Assembly (NCBI RefSeq): GCF_038025025.1
Contig: NW_027117339.1
Coordinates: forward strand, 682,001 to 746,000
DNA: 64,000 bases
From: Phyllosticta citribraziliensis
Lineage: Eukaryota
Direction: 5' to 3'
Part shown: positions 59,879 through 64,000 of the stretch, piece by piece
Layout: each line of letters opens with the position of its first letter
Numbering within the stretch: the first letter of the stretch is position 1
The notes under the pieces: generated by a model
Seen by the model: the letters and a program-made list of their open reading frames with translations, nothing else
What the model was told of the DNA's origin: nothing
Databases searched by the model: none
Position numbers and translations under genes: made by a program

Positions 59879-61899
59879 GCTGTATCGCAGCACGCGCCGC
59901 CAGAGGCATAGAGGTGGAACCACAGGCAAGGCAGAGAGAAGGGAGAGAGTAAGGGAGATGTTGGATGGATGAAACCTTGCGGAGGAGGGCCCAAGCCAGC
60001 AGATCCAACGGTGGGGAAAGCAGAGCAGCAGCGGTGCAGGTGGAGGGAACAGTGGAGCGCAGGGCTGTCATCAGGGCCCCAGGGTATGCCTTGGTATACA
60101 TGGCGGGCTAGGTCGACAGACGAAAATGGGCGGGCGCAGGTCGTGGAGGGCTGCGTGTCGGCCATGGCGGGCGTTGTGATTCGCAAGAGTCGTGGTACAG
60201 GGTGCCGATGGGGGCATAGGAGGCCTGCACGCCGTCAGCCCAGCGCCCTGGACCATTCCCGTCATTCCACCATGGTTGGCTTCTTCTTTTTCCCGGCTGA
60301 TGTTGTGGCGCCCTGGATCGCCTTCAGCGGCTTACCTCACCGGTGGTGCCGCATGTCAGAGAGGAGAGAGGGCCAGAGGAACATGTCGTGTTGGGGGTGC
60401 AGATGCAGCGGGCATGACGGACCAGCAGCCATCCGACCTGAGTCATACGAGACCAGCGGTATCATTATTGTCGCAGCAATGAATTTCCCTATGCAGCGAG
60501 AACCGACGACCTGAGTTCTGAGAGGAGAGCGACTATCCGCCGGGCACCAAGCTAAGTCCACGTCCAGTCCAGGTCCAGCTGCACAAGCCACGGCCCAAGC
60601 ACGGCCATGCTCGCGTGGCGCAGCATTCCTTTCCCTTTGCCCTGGCTCCCTCAAGCCCTCCATCCATCCATCCATCACGGCCCCTTACATCCTAGGCCAG
60701 CCGTCCAACACCCTTCCCCATCCCGTCTCTTTCCAGGGTGCCGGCTCCTGTCGCGTGGTCCACGACACAAAAACAAATCACTCTGAGGTCCTGTACGAGG
60801 GGACCACAGCGGCCGGATCGCTCCGCCGCCTTTGCATTCGCCATGATGCCGACAAGACGCCCAATTTGTAGACACGAGGCTCGGCCCCTCTTCATGTCGT
60901 GCCTTTTCCTGTCCGCACCACCAGGGCTGCCAAGGCCCGCCACGCACTGAAAGCTTAACTCGCCGTGTATCTGGGGCCATGGGGCGCAAGTGCTGCGAAA
61001 TAACACGTCCTCTGATATCCCACACTAGCGACAACGCAGCCACGGTACGCGACTCGACATTGTCGTTATACAGGCGCAGGCACCGACGCCATCATGTCCA
61101 GGATTCACGGCCACGCGTGCGCAACCATGACCCTATTCGAGCCTGTCGTTCACCATTCTTTTGGACTTTGCCGTCGCCTTGGGCCGACAAGCCTCGCGCG
61201 CTTCCTGCGCTTTCAGAAACAAGCTCCTTTGCGTTGCCGTACCATGGCGCCACCTACAGGAGACTAGTCTGGACCCTTGGACGTTATCGCTGGCAAGTTC
61301 CGTTCGTTTTTGCCATTCCGGCTGCCACAATCTGGCTGAGATTGCAGCTGGTTTCGGGCCCAGCGAAAACATTCCGCCTTGTTGACATTTTGAATTGACG
61401 GAGAGCAGATGTCGTAGACCAAGAATCCGGTAATGCGCACCAGGTACGTCGACGCCTATGTGATGGGCAAACGTAGGCCAAAGGAAGCTAGAGTGCCGCT
61501 GTGTCGCCAGGAAACGTGTCAAAGCTGGGTAAACTTGCCTTGATCTCCATCCAAAAAGACGCTTCAACAGGTTGATGCCTATTCGGGATAATGGTCTCGG
61601 CCCACGTGCGACAACGAGCCCGCGGCATGGAATCGCTAGTCCAGTGCTTTTTGGGCTTCTGCACTTGGGCACAAGTTGTGAGACAGATGTAAGCCTTTGA
61701 ATAGCTGTCCTCTCTGATAGGAGCATAAGCGAAGAGCTGCATCGTCGCATGACGGATTCTCCCCTCCACAAGCATTTGCCCATGCCTCCTTCAACCCGAG
61801 CGGATTCGTCTCCCCAGCGCATCATGGGTGCGGAGCGGCTGAAGTCTGACAAAACAACATGACCAACAGCGGTGAAGGAGCTGCTTGGACGTCACAAAA

Positions 61900-63090
61900 G
61901 ACCGCCCCCAGGACGCCTGAGCACGAGGGGGATGCTCCCGTTTCGAAGACAAGCCGTACAACAAAGTGGCGTTCCGTCTCGTCTCACTCCTGAACCACGG
62001 CCCGTGGCGTTCGGCTGGCGACCCCGTTCTTGGACATCTTGCTGCCTTGTCGAGCTCCACCAGTGATTGCATTTCATCTGGTCCGGGGAGCATTGTAGGA
62101 TATGGCTTACATATCCTACGCTTGATGAATACCGGAGACGAAACGCAGACCGCACGCGAAGTGTGTTCTTCCCCGAGATGGCGCAGGATCCTTGTCGACT
62201 GCTTTCAAGATCGTTGCCATGCTTCGACGAAGACATTGGTTGTTTCTCGGAGCACAGGCGAAACCCTTGAAGACGATGAGGCCATAAGGGGATATAACCT
62301 CTTGTTGACTGAAAACCCAGGCTATAATCACCTCTCTGCTCTAATTTCTTTGTTGCAGTCTTGATTTGGACCATTTCCCGCATGTAGGCTGTCGTGGCGT
62401 TGTTGACAGCAGAGCCGAGGTACCAGGTATGTAAGGGTTCTCCCCAGCCTTTAAGTCGTCGTAAACAACTGATTTGAGGTGGTAGTAGAAGAACCACAGG
62501 TATAGGTATGCTCTAGTTTGCGCAAGTGGCGAAGAAATGATGCCCTCATCTCTGCTCTGCTCCCATATGCCATGATGCAATGGAAGCTGCTTCGTATGGT
62601 CGCGAGTCGACATCTCCAAAATCGTTTGTAAGAGCTCCAGATATCCGAATTGGAGTTGCGAGTACCATTCCAGATTGAGGTTCGTGGCATAGGAGGCCTT
62701 TGGCGAGGGTTCGTCTTGATTCTCGAGTACCTCTGGGAGCAAGATTGCTGCCCTCCGGTGCTGCCATATTCGGCGCCAATCGACTTCAGGCTCTCTGGGA
62801 GCTTTCCTGTGCAAGTCCTTTGCACCTGCCCTTCGCCAAAGTCAGCGAGATCCAATCTCTTGTCCATGTTCTTGGGTCGATCGATCTTCCATACCTGTCT
62901 CCGTTGTACTCGAAGCAATCATGCCATGGGTTTGTTGTTTTTGGAAGCAATCATTGGCCTCGCAGACACATCCTGCTTTGTAAGTTGTAAAGCCCCAAGC
63001 TCTTCTTTGTTTCAGGGCTAATCGATGGTTGCAGTGTTGGGGTTGGATGCGCACTTCGGAGGACCTGGAGCTTGTGGTGAGTGTAACCAT
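61900..63090 (-). pseudogene. Possible degenerate gene remnant
   Basis: Overlapping ORFs in different frames each contain protein-like stretches (KIDRPKNMDKRLDLADFGEG; WYSQLQFGYLELLQTILEM; AYMREMVQIKTATKKLEQ). No family recognised. Confidence 0.3.
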
Positions 63091-63559
63091 GGCACCAGCC
63101 TACGCAGACGATGTTGTGTCAAGCCGTGCCTCCATGTTCACTCACCCCTCAAGCAATGGATTCCTCTAGGAGCTGAGGCGTGAGAGCTCTGCTGGGAAAA
63201 AATGCCAGAAAAGCTTGAAGCATTGGAGAGAGCGCAGTCCTTTGTGTCACTCGGTTGCTCAACCTCGAGAGGTTTCTTGTCTTTCCCTATGTCGCCGGGC
63301 AATAACGGCGACTTACTCGCATCACAGCCGCACTGCGGCTCAAGAACATCGAGGGGTCGTGGCTGGTACTGATGCTTCGGGCAGGAGCAAGCCCACACCG
63401 TCCCTAAACAAATCTCGAGCACCCCTCTTCCCAAGTCCTCTTCCTCACTCGACTACCACCGCGCCAGATCACTTCAGCGCAGTCTGGACGATCTTGCGCT
63501 TCGCACTTGGCTTCCTCAACCTCCTCTTTCCGACATTCTCGAGGAGGAAGAGACCGAAA

Positions 63560-64000
63560 ATGGCTGACGACAGGCTCAAGGCGGCCTTCCTTGCCGACCT
63601 TGGTGTCGCCAATCGTGAGAAACTGCTTGCGGCACCCGACACTCGCGATGTTGCTCTTCGTGGACGCTTCAGGTCCAATGGCAGTGGCAACGCTACCGCT
63701 CAGCATCCCAATGGCTCTGGCGACGCCTCTGTCTCGAATTGGAATCGTAAGTCATTCCACACGCTGTCCATCTTCAGTCTCATCATTGCTAACTTGTTGA
63801 TCAACAGAATTTGCCAAGCACAACAAGGAGAACGTCGGAGACGGCGATTTAGCCGATCTTCACGGTGGCCAGTTGCACCGTCAGAACCGAGAGGCCATGG
63901 GCTACGGCAACCCGCGTCCTGCGCCAACGTTCAACCGTCCTACGCCAACGTTCAACCCCCGTCCCACGCCAGCGTCCAACACACGCCCTACTCCAGAGTC
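63560..64000 (+). CDS. 5' part of a hypothetical protein with Pro/Thr repeats; continues beyond the window
   Basis: AAAATG start, MADDRLKAAFLADLG...; canonical intron 63747-63807 (GTAAGT..GCTAAC..CAG) splices into QFAKHNKENV...NPRPAPTFNRPTPTFNPRPTPASNTRPTP. Confidence 0.65.
   Translation, partial: MADDRLKAAFLADLGVANREKLLAAPDTRDVALRGRFRSNGSGNATAQHPNGSGDASVSNWNRKSFHTLSIFSLIIANLLINRICQAQQGERRRRRFSRSSRWPVAPSEPRGHGLRQPASCANVQPSYANVQPPSHASVQHTPYSRV

Overview
Intron-rich filamentous ascomycete (Pezizomycotina-like) genomic DNA with about 21 protein-coding genes, two of them truncated by the window edges. Core housekeeping genes (npc2, vma7, nur1-like, AVT2-like amino acid transporter, Kelch transmembrane protein) are interleaved with accessory material. 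(i) A four-gene aromatic/flavonol catabolism cluster: quercetin 2,3-dioxygenase, alpha/beta esterase, Zn2Cys6 TF and FAD monooxygenase, with a shared CGG-N5-CCG site. (ii) A four-gene sugar/polyol cluster: MFS sugar porter, Zn2Cys6 TF, class II aldolase and SDR. (iii) A giant, roughly 3,120-aa DUF3638/DUF3645-type helicase-like protein. (iv) A divergent fumarylacetoacetase, an oxalate decarboxylase and decaying orphan genes. Non-coding highlights are a tandem pair of atypical intron-containing tRNA-like genes with compensatory stem changes, a dispersed ~33-bp minisatellite family at 4-5 loci (two inside introns), twin look-alike GC-AG introns, and a sugar-transporter splice acceptor reading AT instead of AG. 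All assignments are by eye from motifs; no database searches were run.
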